NCBI GenBank assembly: GCA_963754925.1
Contig: CAVWHX010000007.1
Location: forward strand, 96,001 to 160,000
Direction of reading: 5' to 3'
DNA: 64,000 nucleotides
Source of the DNA: an uncultured delta proteobacterium
Lineage (GTDB): Bacteria; Myxococcota; B64-G9
Made by a program: the position numbers and the translations under genes. Below the pieces are notes generated by a model. That model saw nothing but the letters and a program-made list of their open reading frames with translations. It had not been told where the DNA came from and searched no databases. Of this stretch, positions 41,706 through 52,254 are shown piece after piece (position 1 is the first letter of the stretch; every line of letters starts with the position of its first letter).

Positions 41706-43718
41706 TTAAAACCAATCTGAGATGATGGATATAAGATGTCTTAACCACTGGTATGACTCTTGCGGAAGATGGTGTACCATAAGACGACCCGATGTAGTAG
41801 GATCGAAGTGAAAATGAGGTCCTGAGCAACTTTGATTTGGTCCCCAAGAGCCTGTAAGATCAAATCTAATAACGTTTTCTTTTATCTCGTCCCAAAAAGG
41901 TGCGAGTGCTGCAATAATTTCAGGTGCGACGGTTAATCCAGTTATTGTCGCACCAAAAATTGCCCAACCGATCAGCTCCTCTTCGGTTATAGGGATATTG
42001 CTCGTATCTCCCCATTTACCTGCCATTGTAACACTTCCAGTTTCTAGCCCATTGTTGTCGATCAGATTGACTGGATCATTCAGCACGTACCCAAACAAAT
42101 TCGTATCACCACCACTGAATCCTATCGGATCCTTCGCCGTCCATCTTCCCGTCACCGGATCATAGTCCCTTGCCCCGAACCTGACTAATACCGTATCCCT
42201 ATCATACAACCCACCCGCGAACCCAAATGGCTGGAACCCGGGGTTGGAGTCGGAGGTGACATTCCCGAACTCGTCGTAATTCATCTGCTGTGCAATCGCT
42301 CCGGTGCTTGTGTTTACAACGAAGCGCGGACTGCCCAGGTGGTCGGTGATGATGCGATAGTTCTGGCCTCCTTGGATCATATACTCTGGGACGTTCGCTC
42401 TGGTTCCGTACACGAAGCGACTTTTCAAATTACCGCTTCCGTTCAGTTCAGCGACAATTCGTAATTGTCCATCATACAAGAATCCTTGCGTCAGCGTACC
42501 GTTGACCTTCTTACCGATCCTACGATTTCGCCCGTCAATCACATAGTTGATTTGGTTACCATTCGGCAACGTAACCGAACGCAGATTCCCGAGCACATCG
42601 TATTGATAATTTGTCGTCTGATTGTTAGCGGTTTCACTCAGTAACTCTCCATTGGCCGTATATTGGTACGTGGTATTTCCATATGCGGTCATCCGATCTT
42701 GGTTGTCATAGGTTCCGGTGGCGTCCGTTCCGATCAGACATGGCGTTGAAGGTTGGCATTGAATACCGGCAGCGCACTGACGCCGTAATGTTCGGTTGGA
42801 GTTTCCGTCGTATTCGTAATGACTCTGGCGAAGACCATTGACGCACACGTCGGTCAAACGGCCCGCAAGGTCATACTGGTAGTTGTAGGTGGTTGCAGCA
42901 CTGTTGATGGTTTCGGTCTTTTGGGTTATTCGGCCAAGCTGGTCCTGGACGAATCCCAAATCCACCGTATTGCTTCCGAATGCGGCGTGCAGCAACGCGG
43001 GCTCGCCAAAGTTGTCGTAGGTGATGGAGGTGCCGACCGAATCCAATAGAGTGGTCGCGACCAAACCAGTGGATTGATTTCGGCTGATGGAAAGAGATCC
43101 CGCGCCGGTCAATAATCCGTCAGCGTCGTAGGTCATGGCCTCGGTCGAATTCGCCACCGTCTCGGTTGCAACTCGAAAGTTATCATCGTATGTCCAGCTT
43201 ACGCTGCCCATTACCGCGCCACCCGCCCAGGTTTCGGTTGTCGGCAGAAAACCATCATAAGTATATACCAACATTCCTGCGTAGGCATCTGGGCCGGTGA
43301 CTAAAGCCAGTTTGCCGGTGCTGGAGTTATACCAATATCCTATATTCCCAGTGGGAGTGGAAATGCCACTGAGCTTACCGGTTGAACCGTAGCTAAAATT
43401 CACCTGCTGCGAATCGGGCCGAAGAACTTGCGTAAGCTGATGATCCGCGTTGTAGACGTATTGCGTCAGGCCGGTACTCGGAGGATTAGGTGGAAAGTAG
43501 ACGAAGACCTGATTAACGGCATTGGATAAGAGCCAGTGTGCCGGCCTACTTGGAGGAGTTACGGAAACAACGTTGCCATTGTTGTCATAGATGAGTCCCA
43601 TTGCCCTTCCGTCGGGTAAGGTTTGGGACGTCACCCGACCGGCGGCATCGTAGTCAAAGCTTTCGGTTCTCCCAAGCGGATCTTGAACAGATTGCAGAAG
43701 CCCCTTGCTGGATCCCGT
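41706..43718 (-). pseudogene. Rhs/YD-repeat toxin, 5'-truncated at repeat copy 2
   Basis: YD repeats, Rhs core ending DNNGL, tip with GPHFHF; frame stays Rhs-like (QDPLGRTESFDYDAAGRV) up to the repeat end at 43719. Confidence 0.9.
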
Positions 43719-43956
43719 TGTCGTTCGTCAAAGCTCATCCGCATTGAAAACAAAGCATTTTCCATATCACCTGCACTACCCTACTCCCCAATGAAATCTT
43801 GCCGGATCGTTCTCGCTCGCACCACAATGTCGCCATGACCTATCCAGTCTTCAATCTCATCTTTTCCAACATCCGGGATTGTGAGTTCACCTGGTTATAC
43901 GCTTACCGTGGTTTGGCTGATTTGTTTTTCTCTCAGATTTGGTTTGGCGAGGGACA
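43719..43956 (+). mobile_element. MITE-like repeat copy 2 (full length, 238 bp)
   Basis: TGTCGTTCGTCAAA...TTTGGCGAGGGACA with the conserved core. Confidence 0.9.
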
Positions 43957-43992
43957 GGTACCTAGGTACCTAGATTGTGTTCTGAGCGTCGC

Positions 43993-45486
43993 CTACGACA
44001 GGAAGCGAATGGCGGTGCGGATGAGCTTCAGCACCTTCGCCGTGTACGGCGGGTAGAACATCTTGAGCGTGTCGGGCAGGCTCTGGCGCAACACGGCGCG
44101 CTCGTGCGAGCAGGTGCGGAAGCCGTAGATGCCGTGGTAGTTGCCCATGCCGCTGTTGCCGATGCCGCCGAATGGGAGGTTGCCGTTGCCGAGGTGGATC
44201 ATTGCTGTGTTGATACAAGTGCCCCCGGAGGTCGTGCCTTCGAGGACGGTGCGCACTGCCGTCTTGTCTTCGGCGAACATGTAGAGGGCGAGCGGCTTAG
44301 GCTTGCCGCGCACGGCGTCGACGGCCTCGTGAATATCGCGGAAGGTCATGATCGGCAGGATGGGCCCGAAGATCTCTTCCTCCATGATGGGATTCGCCGG
44401 CGTGACACCGGTGAGCAGGGTCGGCGCCATGTAGCGCTCAGCGGGCGTCGACGTGCCGCCCGTCGCCAACTTGGCGCCGGCGGCGATCGCCGCGTCGAGG
44501 ATCTTGGCGAGCCCGTGGCGATGGTCATCGCTCACCAGGCGGCAGAAGCTCGTGCTCGCTTGCCGGTCGATCTCGCTCTTGCCGTAGCGCTCGTTAAGGA
44601 TGCGCTGTGACTCCTTCACGAACTCGTCGAGCTTGCTCTCGTGAACGAGCACGTAGTCCGGAGCCACGCAGGTCTGCCCGGCGTTGACGAACTTCGCCCA
44701 CAAGACGCGCTCGGCGGTCTTGGGGATGTCGGCCGAGCAATCGATGATGGCCGGCGACTTGCCGCCGAGCTCGAGGGTGACCGAGGCGAGGTTTTGAGCC
44801 GCCGCGGCCATGATCTTCTTGCCAACCTTGGGGCTGCCCGTGAAAAACACGTGGTCGAAGGGCAGATCGAGCAGAGCGTCGGAGACCGCGTGGTCGCCCT
44901 CGAACACGACGACCTCGTCGGGCGGGAAGAGCTCGCTCAAAAAGCTCGCAATGAAATGCGACGTGTGCGGCACCTTGCTCGACGGCCGCACCGCAACGAC
45001 GTTGCCCGCCGAGATGGCGGCGAGGAGCGGAATGACGAGGAGCGAGAACGGGTAGTTCCAGGGCGCGAGGATGAGGACCACGCCCTTGGCCTCGTAGCGC
45101 ACGAAGCTATGGGTGCCGAAGAGCGCGAGCGGCGTACCGACGCGCAGGGGCTTCATCCATTTCGAGAGGTGGCGGATGGCGTGATTGGCCTCGGAGACCA
45201 CCGGGAAGACCTCGGTGAGCTCGACCTCGGCCGCGTTCTTCTTGTAGTCGTCGTAGACGGCTTGGCACAGCTCGCCGCGCCGTGCGATAAGCGCATCGCG
45301 CAGGCGGCGAATGCGGTCGACACGCGCGGCCGCGGTGGTCTGCGCCATCTTCCAGCGGTTGGCGCGAAGGCGCTCGAACGCAGCCTTGACGTCTTGCGGA
45401 GTGCTCGCTAGCGGCTCCTTCGTAGCTGCCCCGTGGGCTCTCACCCAGGCACTGCTCGTCGTCCCCAGCTCGCCTGTCGTCGTCAT
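43993..45486 (-). CDS. Aldehyde dehydrogenase (ALDH3/coniferyl-aldehyde type)
   Basis: PWNYP, FTGS, TLELGGKSP, NAGQTCVAPDY, EEIFGP, PFGG motifs; visibly higher GC than neighbours. Confidence 0.96.
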   Translation of the reverse strand: MTTTGELGTTSSAWVRAHGAATKEPLASTPQDVKAAFERLRANRWKMAQTTAAARVDRIRRLRDALIARRGELCQAVYDDYKKNAAEVELTEVFPVVSEANHAIRHLSKWMKPLRVGTPLALFGTHSFVRYEAKGVVLILAPWNYPFSLLVIPLLAAISAGNVVAVRPSSKVPHTSHFIASFLSELFPPDEVVVFEGDHAVSDALLDLPFDHVFFTGSPKVGKKIMAAAAQNLASVTLELGGKSPAIIDCSADIPKTAERVLWAKFVNAGQTCVAPDYVLVHESKLDEFVKESQRILNERYGKSEIDRQASTSFCRLVSDDHRHGLAKILDAAIAAGAKLATGGTSTPAERYMAPTLLTGVTPANPIMEEEIFGPILPIMTFRDIHEAVDAVRGKPKPLALYMFAEDKTAVRTVLEGTTSGGTCINTAMIHLGNGNLPFGGIGNSGMGNYHGIYGFRTCSHERAVLRQSLPDTLKMFYPPYTAKVLKLIRTAIRFLS

Positions 45487-45922
45487 GTTCAGCCTCCCGT
45501 CTGACGCGGCTTCGCCGCAAATCTAGGCTCTCGCTGCCGGTAGGGCAATTCTGCGGTCCCTCCCGGGAACCCGAAGGAGCTAGAGGTTAAGGATAGGAAT
45601 TTCAAAACCTCTTTTTCCCATTGAGCACCCTCACAAGACCACGTCTCTTGCTCCTGTCACATCCCGATCCTTGTCAATTGCCGACAGATGTACCAAGCTG
45701 CTTCACTCCCCGTCAAGGATATTGTCGACCTCGGTCGAATTCAATAACTGAATCCTAACGAAGCTGACCACAAACTGTGCCCACTTTTGTGCCCACTCGG
45801 TTCCAAAGTTTGCGGTATTATTGAGTACTACTGAACCGTTCGATGAAATGCCAAAAGCAAATAGAGAGTCCTCTCTGCTTTGTGTTTCAACGCCTTGCGA
45901 GCACTCATGAAAATTGAAGAAA

Positions 45923-45973
45923 CGCGCCTGGCAGGATTCGAACCTGCTGCCCACGGCTTAGAAGGCCGTTGCT
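45923..45973 (-). pseudogene. 3' fragment of tRNA-Arg(UCU), probable att core relic
   Basis: Minus strand AGCAACGGCCTTCTAAGCCGTGGGCAGCAGGTTCGAATCCTGCCAGGCGCG has anticodon arm, T arm and 3' acceptor strand; 5' acceptor strand and D arm absent. Confidence 0.85.
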
Positions 45974-46132
45974 TATTAGTTAGTAACACCCTGATCAAAC
46001 AAATCTACCCACATAGGGAGTCGCTGGCCATTAGGCTTCGTCGCTGAATTGGTCATGCTGTGGTGGATCTCGCGTAGAGCAGATCCGCAGTGGCTCGGTA
46101 GGCTCGTAGGCTCACCCAGGTGGGTAAGTATC

Positions 46133-47473
46133 TTATCGCCCCGCTTGATCTGAGAGGCGAATAAGGGTGCCGTCGACGCCGGCGATCAGAATATCAACCG
46201 GATCGCAAACCCAGGTGGTGACCGTAGCACCGTTCGCGTCGGTGGTCGTGGTCGTGCGATCCGATAACGAACGCGGAGTAGTGCCCCAAACAGCTTCTAG
46301 TCGGTTGGAGGTGATATCACCTAACGGACACAGCAAATTATCGTGATCAAAATACAGCGTGCCGTCCCAACCAACATATATTCGCCACGAGGTGGTTGGA
46401 CGATCGGCCTCGGTCCCACCGACAGGAATATCTCCGCACTTTTCTTGGGAAAAGCTCCAACTCGAGCGTAGATAGGTCGGGGGCAAATCGAGATTGAGAA
46501 TACTCCAACTTCCTGATCTCCGATTTACGACCGTGCCCCCGTTGCCGACCGCATAAAGATCATCACCCGACTGACCCCATATCCCCTTCAGGTCAGTGGT
46601 TAAGCCTGGAACGACCACGCTTGTAGCGCTCAGGCCCGCACCGTCAATGCTCATGATCGTACCGATGTCACCCACAGCCACAAAGTCGCTGACACTCACG
46701 CCAAATACTCCATTGAGCTGGTCAGGGGTCCAGCGAAGGTATTCGGTGGTGGGTGGATTAGGAGGAGTGTGTTCCATCGTCACCTGCTGACGCATTTCTT
46801 CGAAAGTGTTTTTGGTGTTATCGTAGGCTACGATGAGACCATTGGCGCCGACCGCTATCACCGTTGGTTCGCTGGTTACGTCGGTGGGAGGAATGCCCCA
46901 TATGTCATAAATATCGTCGGTGACAGCGCTCTCACTATTATCATTGGCCGGATCGGTGAAAAACACCAGCTGGCTCTGCCAGGTTGTCCCATTGAAACGG
47001 AGAATTACTCCATTCTCGCCGACCACGAACACATCTTGCCGCACTATGGCGCCGTTTGTATCTTTAAGCACGTAGCCCCAAACCCCGTAAAGGTTCTCAG
47101 AAGTACCCGAGTTCATATTCGTCCAGGCGTTGCCATCGAAATGTAAAATATTACCATTGAAACCAACTACATAAATGTCTTCTGGTCCACTACCCCAAAC
47201 ATCCATCAGGTCATTGCTAGGGGTGTCGCCGGCGGTAAGTCCGGTTTGCTCGTTTTTCACTGTCCAAATTTGACCCCATTCCTGCGCTGCCTGTTCGCAG
47301 GCGGTCAGGTTACCAGACCCGTTTGAACCCGTACCACCATTGCTGGTAGAATTAGTTTTTCCACATCCTCCCAGAATACCAATCAGCGCTATTTCTACCA
47401 TGATACTCAACAAAAAAATACACCTCATGATTAGCTCCGGGGTAATTTTCCGCTCGACATCCATTCGTTCCAC
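46133..47473 (-). CDS. Lipoprotein with repeated WG...VG..G motifs, probable beta-propeller
   Basis: DVWGSGPEDIYVVGFNGNILHFDG-like repeats; lipobox LGGC. Confidence 0.75.
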   Translation of the reverse strand: MERMDVERKITPELIMRCIFLLSIMVEIALIGILGGCGKTNSTSNGGTGSNGSGNLTACEQAAQEWGQIWTVKNEQTGLTAGDTPSNDLMDVWGSGPEDIYVVGFNGNILHFDGNAWTNMNSGTSENLYGVWGYVLKDTNGAIVRQDVFVVGENGVILRFNGTTWQSQLVFFTDPANDNSESAVTDDIYDIWGIPPTDVTSEPTVIAVGANGLIVAYDNTKNTFEEMRQQVTMEHTPPNPPTTEYLRWTPDQLNGVFGVSVSDFVAVGDIGTIMSIDGAGLSATSVVVPGLTTDLKGIWGQSGDDLYAVGNGGTVVNRRSGSWSILNLDLPPTYLRSSWSFSQEKCGDIPVGGTEADRPTTSWRIYVGWDGTLYFDHDNLLCPLGDITSNRLEAVWGTTPRSLSDRTTTTTDANGATVTTWVCDPVDILIAGVDGTLIRLSDQAGR

Positions 47474-47499
47474 TAAAGGGTTTCAGACTAACAGCGCAT

Positions 47500-49398
47500 C
47501 TAGGGAGTCAGCTCCAGCGTCGTCACACTCTCCGCCGGCAGCGTGAGCGTCAGATTGTTGCCGCTTACCACAATGTCTGCAAGTCGTTGCGGCTGGGCCG
47601 CTCCATTTTGTACCGGAGATCCGACGGTCAGTTGCCACATGCGGCCGTGGGTGAGCGAGGTTGGGTGGTTGAGCACTATCTGAACGGTGCGCGACGCGAG
47701 ATCCAGGCCGCCGTTTTGCCCCAGGGTCGGCCGGTGAACCAGTACGATGACCACTCGGTTGGGATCGTCGGATGTGTCAACGCTGGCAAAGGCCGACAGA
47801 TGGTCAATGTCGCTGCTTGACGCATAGATAGAAGTGTCGCCAAACGAATGGCCGGCGCCATCATAATTACGATAGGCCAGCCAGGCGCCGAAGGCCCAGC
47901 TCGTGTCGCTGAGCAAAGGCCAAAACGATGCGGCGAACACGCCCTCGCGCCCGAAAATGCCGAGTGTGTCGGCCTGGGCAACCGCGCCCGAGATATGATC
48001 GGAGCCGCCATGGTTATACTCCGACAACGAAAGCAGTGTGCCCGGATAGTTGGCGCTGATCTTGTCGAGCATGCGAGGCACCAGGCGAATCGCTTGGCCG
48101 CCGGTCGAGTCCTGGGTAATCCAACTGGTCTCCACGTAGGTCGAATCCCACAGCGAGCGCGGCGATTGGACGCGCGCCGCAACCACGCAGTCGCTGTTGT
48201 CGTCGTTGATCACCCGAACGCCGCAACCCTGAGCTTCGCTGTACCAATGGAGATCGAGCGAGTCGAGCAGGCGTTGCTGCTTGCTTTGTGAAGCGCTTGC
48301 CATTTGACTGAGGTAGTATTCGATAAAGTCACCATAGGTGCCGGCGTCCGGCGCGTTTTGAAGGCTCACGAAGCCGTTCCACCCATAACTCACCGGACCG
48401 AAAATCAGTGCGGTGGGAACGGCTTTTTTGATCGCGGCGGCGAACTCGATGGACTGTGTTTTCATGGCATCATACGTAAGCGCGCTGCGCTGTATCTCCG
48501 CGTGGGTCGACGACCAGAGGTCGGGCTCGTTATCCAGCATCAGATGCAGCGGCAGACTCGCACCCGACCAATTGTAGGCGAGGAAATACGCAAATTCATC
48601 CTGATATACCACGCTATCGGTTGTATCCGGAGTGAGGCTATACGATCCATTCTTCAAGGCGCTCTGCAAAAAATGATCGGTAAACGGACTCGTAAGGCTC
48701 ACGCTGCCGCTGGCGTCTTTCGAGACCCATCCCTGTATCGGAATTGTCACGCACAAGCCCATTCCATAGGCCTTGGCGTCGGCTATCGATGGCGTCGCCG
48801 CGTATCCGAAGCCGTCGCTTGGCGAACCCATGTAGGTGTCGTTGGAATAATACCAATCACTACCCGCGTTGGAATAGTTTGTCTCCCAGTTGTAGGCGGT
48901 CCACCGATTGCCGCCCAGGCGCAGCCAGGTTACACCTGGCGGTGATTCGGCGACGGTCCCGCCGTTATAACCGTAAACAAAAGGAGAGATAGTGTGACGC
49001 GCTTGGCTTGAGTCCACAGAAACTGTCACGTCGACGCTGGTTGAATTTTGCACGCAGGTAAGTCCTACAACATGGTAGCCGGTATCACATTGACACGTTG
49101 CCGTCCCGCCGCTTGCCGAGCAGGTACCGTGCCCCGAACAGGTGACTCCTTGACAAGGATTGGCATCGGCTACGCAGTCCAAACCCTGGGCGTGGTAGCC
49201 GTTGTTGCACTGACAGGTGGCTGTTTGGCCACTTACTGAACAGGTTCCATAACCAGAGCAGGTAACCCCTTGACAGGGATCCGAGTCTCCAATGGGGTTT
49301 GATTGAATTTTGCCGATTCTGCAGGCAACTAATTGGGTAACCAATGGAAAGATAAATAACATCGCGAGCCGAACTGTCATTCCAGAGGGCATGCGCAT
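47500..49398 (-). CDS. Lipoprotein with two EGF-like repeats and a GH44-like glycoside hydrolase domain
   Basis: Two CQGVTCSGxGTC...CQC..GYH repeats; RLGGNRWTAYNWETNYSNAGSDW, LDNEPDLWSSTH, LDLHWY, SEYN motifs. Confidence 0.88.
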   Translation of the reverse strand: MRMPSGMTVRLAMLFIFPLVTQLVACRIGKIQSNPIGDSDPCQGVTCSGYGTCSVSGQTATCQCNNGYHAQGLDCVADANPCQGVTCSGHGTCSASGGTATCQCDTGYHVVGLTCVQNSTSVDVTVSVDSSQARHTISPFVYGYNGGTVAESPPGVTWLRLGGNRWTAYNWETNYSNAGSDWYYSNDTYMGSPSDGFGYAATPSIADAKAYGMGLCVTIPIQGWVSKDASGSVSLTSPFTDHFLQSALKNGSYSLTPDTTDSVVYQDEFAYFLAYNWSGASLPLHLMLDNEPDLWSSTHAEIQRSALTYDAMKTQSIEFAAAIKKAVPTALIFGPVSYGWNGFVSLQNAPDAGTYGDFIEYYLSQMASASQSKQQRLLDSLDLHWYSEAQGCGVRVINDDNSDCVVAARVQSPRSLWDSTYVETSWITQDSTGGQAIRLVPRMLDKISANYPGTLLSLSEYNHGGSDHISGAVAQADTLGIFGREGVFAASFWPLLSDTSWAFGAWLAYRNYDGAGHSFGDTSIYASSSDIDHLSAFASVDTSDDPNRVVIVLVHRPTLGQNGGLDLASRTVQIVLNHPTSLTHGRMWQLTVGSPVQNGAAQPQRLADIVVSGNNLTLTLPAESVTTLELTP

Positions 49399-49692
49399 GA
49401 TAGCCTCCCTCCAAAACTACTTTTTCAATAATGTTACATAGCAAAAACAATGCCTTAATATTGTCAAAAATAACGCATATAAGATAAAGAAAAATAAGCA
49501 CAATTTATTAGTATTCAGATTTGTCTTAGCATCTCCTGAAGCATTTGGGTTCCATTTCGGCAGCAAAGTCTATAACGTATCGATGCAGTTATAGATTATC
49601 TATGAGATGTTTTCAGCCCTCGAAAACAACCTAAGATCAGATAGTATGGCTCTCCAGCCGCTTTGGTACGAAAACTTATGCTAAGGACCAGC

Positions 49693-49934
49693 CGTCGTTC
49701 GCCATCAAAACTATTGCTTATTTAAAACAAATCATTTTTCATGTCGCCTACACTACCCTCCTCCACATTAAAATCTTGCTAGATAGTTTCGTTCACACCA
49801 CTTTTGTTGCCATTCCCTATTCAGTCCTCAAGCTCATCTTTTCCAACATCCAGGATTGTGAGTTCACCAGTTTACGCTTACCGTGGTTTGGTTGACTTGT
49901 TTTTTCTCTCGGATTTGTTTGGTGGTGAAGTCCA
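49693..49934 (+). mobile_element. MITE-like repeat copy 3 (full length, both termini degraded)
   Basis: CGTCGTTCGCCA...CTCAAGCTCATCTTTTCCAACATCCAGGATTGTGAGTTCACC...GGTGAAGTCCA. Confidence 0.85.
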
Positions 49935-50087
49935 CCGATTCTCGGTATCGTAAATCTAGTAGACCCTGATCACCACGCAACTGGCCGATAATATAAGCGG
50001 ATCAATTTTGATAAGAGACAGTTTCGTCGTAAGGAATTTCAATTCATACTGTTTGCCCACGAATCAGTCAAAGAACGTTTGGAAAAT

Positions 50088-51756
50088 TTATTTATAGCTG
50101 TCCTTATGCACGTCCTTGACGGCCCGGCCGGAGGGGTCGATCATGGTGGCGAAGGCTTGGTCCCATTTGATGGCCGTGGGAGTCGAGCAGGCCACGGACG
50201 GTCCTTCGGGTACGGCGCGCGCCGCGCTCTCCAGGGGGAAAAACTCCTCGAACATGGTGCGGTAGTAGTAAGACTCCTCTGGTGTTGGGGGTATTGATGG
50301 GGAAGCGGAAGCGAGCGTTTTCCAATTGCGCATCGCTGATTTCTTTGTTGGCCACCTCGCGTAGGGTGTCGATCCAGCTGTAGCCGACGCCATCCGAGAA
50401 CTGTTCCTTCTGGCGCCAGGCGACCTCGTTTGGCAGGTAATCCTCAAAGGCCTTGCGTAGGATATGCTTTTCCATCCGACCTTCCTTGCACATCTTGTCT
50501 TCCGGATTGAGACGCATAGCCACGTCCAGGAATTCCTTGTCCAGGAAAGGCACACGGCCTTCCACGCCCCAGGCCGCCAGGGATTTGTTGGCGCGCAAAC
50601 AGTCGTATTTGCTGAGCAGGGACAGTTTGCGCACCGTCTCTTCATGAAATTCACGCGCGTTTGGTGCTTTATGGAAATAGAGGTACCCACCAAAGATCTC
50701 GTCGGCGCCTTCGCCGGAGAGCACCATCTTTACACCCATGGACTTTATTTTACGTGCCATCAGGTACATGGGCGTGGATGCCCGGATGGTGGTCACGTCA
50801 TAGGTTTCGATGTGGTAGATCACGTCGCGCACCACATCCAGGCCTTCCTGGACGGTGAAGGTGAAGTTGTGGTGGACGGAGTCGATGTGGTTGGCGACCT
50901 TTTGGGCGGCCGCCAGATCCGGTGAACCTTCCAGGCCGATAGCGAAGGAATGCAGCTGCGGCCACCAGGCATCCTTGAGTCCGTGCGTCTCGACACGTTT
51001 GGCCGAATACTTTTTGGCCACGGCGGCGACGATCGAGCTATCCAGGCCACCGGAGAGGAGCACGCCGTAGGGCACGTCGCACATGAGCTGGCGTTCCACC
51101 GCTTCCTCCAGGGCCCAGCGAAGGTCCTTGAGGCTGCTGTGGTTGCCCTTGACGTGTTCGAACTCCATCCAGTCACGCTGGTAGTATCGCTTTGGTCCTG
51201 AGTCGCTGCTTATGTGGTAGTGGCCGGGAGGAAATTCAGCCACCGTGTTGCACGCCTTCATCAAGGCCTTCATTTCCGAGGCTACATAGAAATTACCATA
51301 CTGGTCGTACCCGGTATAGAGCGGGCAGATTCCGATGTGATCGCGGCCGATCAGGTATACATCTTTTTCGCTGTCGTAAAGCGCAAAGGCGAAGATGCCG
51401 CTTAGGTCTTCCAGGAAATCGACGCCCTTCTGGCGGTACAGAGCCAGAATGATCTCACAGTCCGATTCGGTCAGAAATTCGTAAGGTTCGCGGAGGGTTT
51501 TCTTGAGATCCTGATGGTTATAGATTTCGCCGTTGACCGCCAGGGCCAGTTTGCCGTCCTTGCTATAGAGAGGCTGAGCGCCTTTGTTGACGTCCACGAT
51601 GGACAGACGCTCATGGGCCAGGATGGCCTTTGGGTTGACATATATACCGCTCCAGTCCGGACCGCGGTGCCTCATGGTGCGGCTCATCTCCAGGGCCTGG
51701 GTCCGCAGTTCCTTTACATCCGTCTTGATATCGAAGATACCGAGTATGGCGCACAT
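50088..51756 (-). CDS. asnB: Asparagine synthetase B (apparent frameshift near 50285)
   Basis: MCAI N-terminus, HRGPDWSG, LSGGLDSS, SGEGADE, RVPFLD, WRQKEQFSDGVG; native C-terminus PSVACST...DPSGRAV in the other frame. Confidence 0.95.
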
Positions 51757-51827
51757 GGCGTATTCTTCCTCTACTTAGTTCTTCTCATGAGGCATGATTA
51801 TATGGATTCCTTGCGTCAGGCAAGCCC

Positions 51828-51984
51828 TGTGTTTCCCATCAAATCTCATCTATATTGAAAACAAAGCATTTTTAAAATCACCTGCAATACTTTTCCAACA
51901 TTCGAGATTGTAAGGTCACCAATTTACGCTTACCGTGGCTTGGTTGATTTGTTTTTTATATTGGGCTGGTTCTCGCGAGGGACA
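51828..51984 (+). mobile_element. MITE-like repeat copy 4 (internally deleted, 157 bp)
   Basis: TGTGTTTCCCATCAAA...ATTGAAAACAAAGCATTTT...TTTTCCAACAT...CTTACCGTGG...GCGAGGGACA. Confidence 0.85.
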
Positions 51985-52253
51985 GGCATCCGGGCTGCAC
52001 GCCGACCCTTTGAGGTTAGGGTCCAGAGATGCTGCGGGGTTCCCACAGAGCATCCGTTCCTCGCGGCACAGCCACCGCATCCAGCAGCTTTATCGACATC
52101 GTCCTGGCATGCGATATCTTGCAGATACCCTAACTCGGCCAATTGCCTCAACATCGCGCCCACCGCGGACGGGCGCACTCCCAGTGCTTGGGCGAGCTCC
52201 GTCAGGGCCATCGGGGTGCCGCCTGCCATGAGCGCTAGGAGCTTTCGTAACAT
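51930..52253 (-). CDS. FeoC-like winged-helix protein with Cys cluster; stop codon lies inside repeat copy 4
   Basis: LTELAQALGV...LAELGYL...CGGC...C directly after feoB. Confidence 0.8.
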   Translation of the reverse strand: MLRKLLALMAGGTPMALTELAQALGVRPSAVGAMLRQLAELGYLQDIACQDDVDKAAGCGGCAARNGCSVGTPQHLWTLTSKGRRAARMPVPRENQPNIKNKSTKPR

Positions 52254-52254
52254 G

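Noticed and set aside
43956..43973. AGGTACCT tandem/palindrome right after repeat copy 2
   Set aside because: Single short occurrence; could be a scar but is unsupported.
45923..45973. Functional tRNA-Arg gene
   Set aside because: The 5' acceptor strand and D arm are missing.
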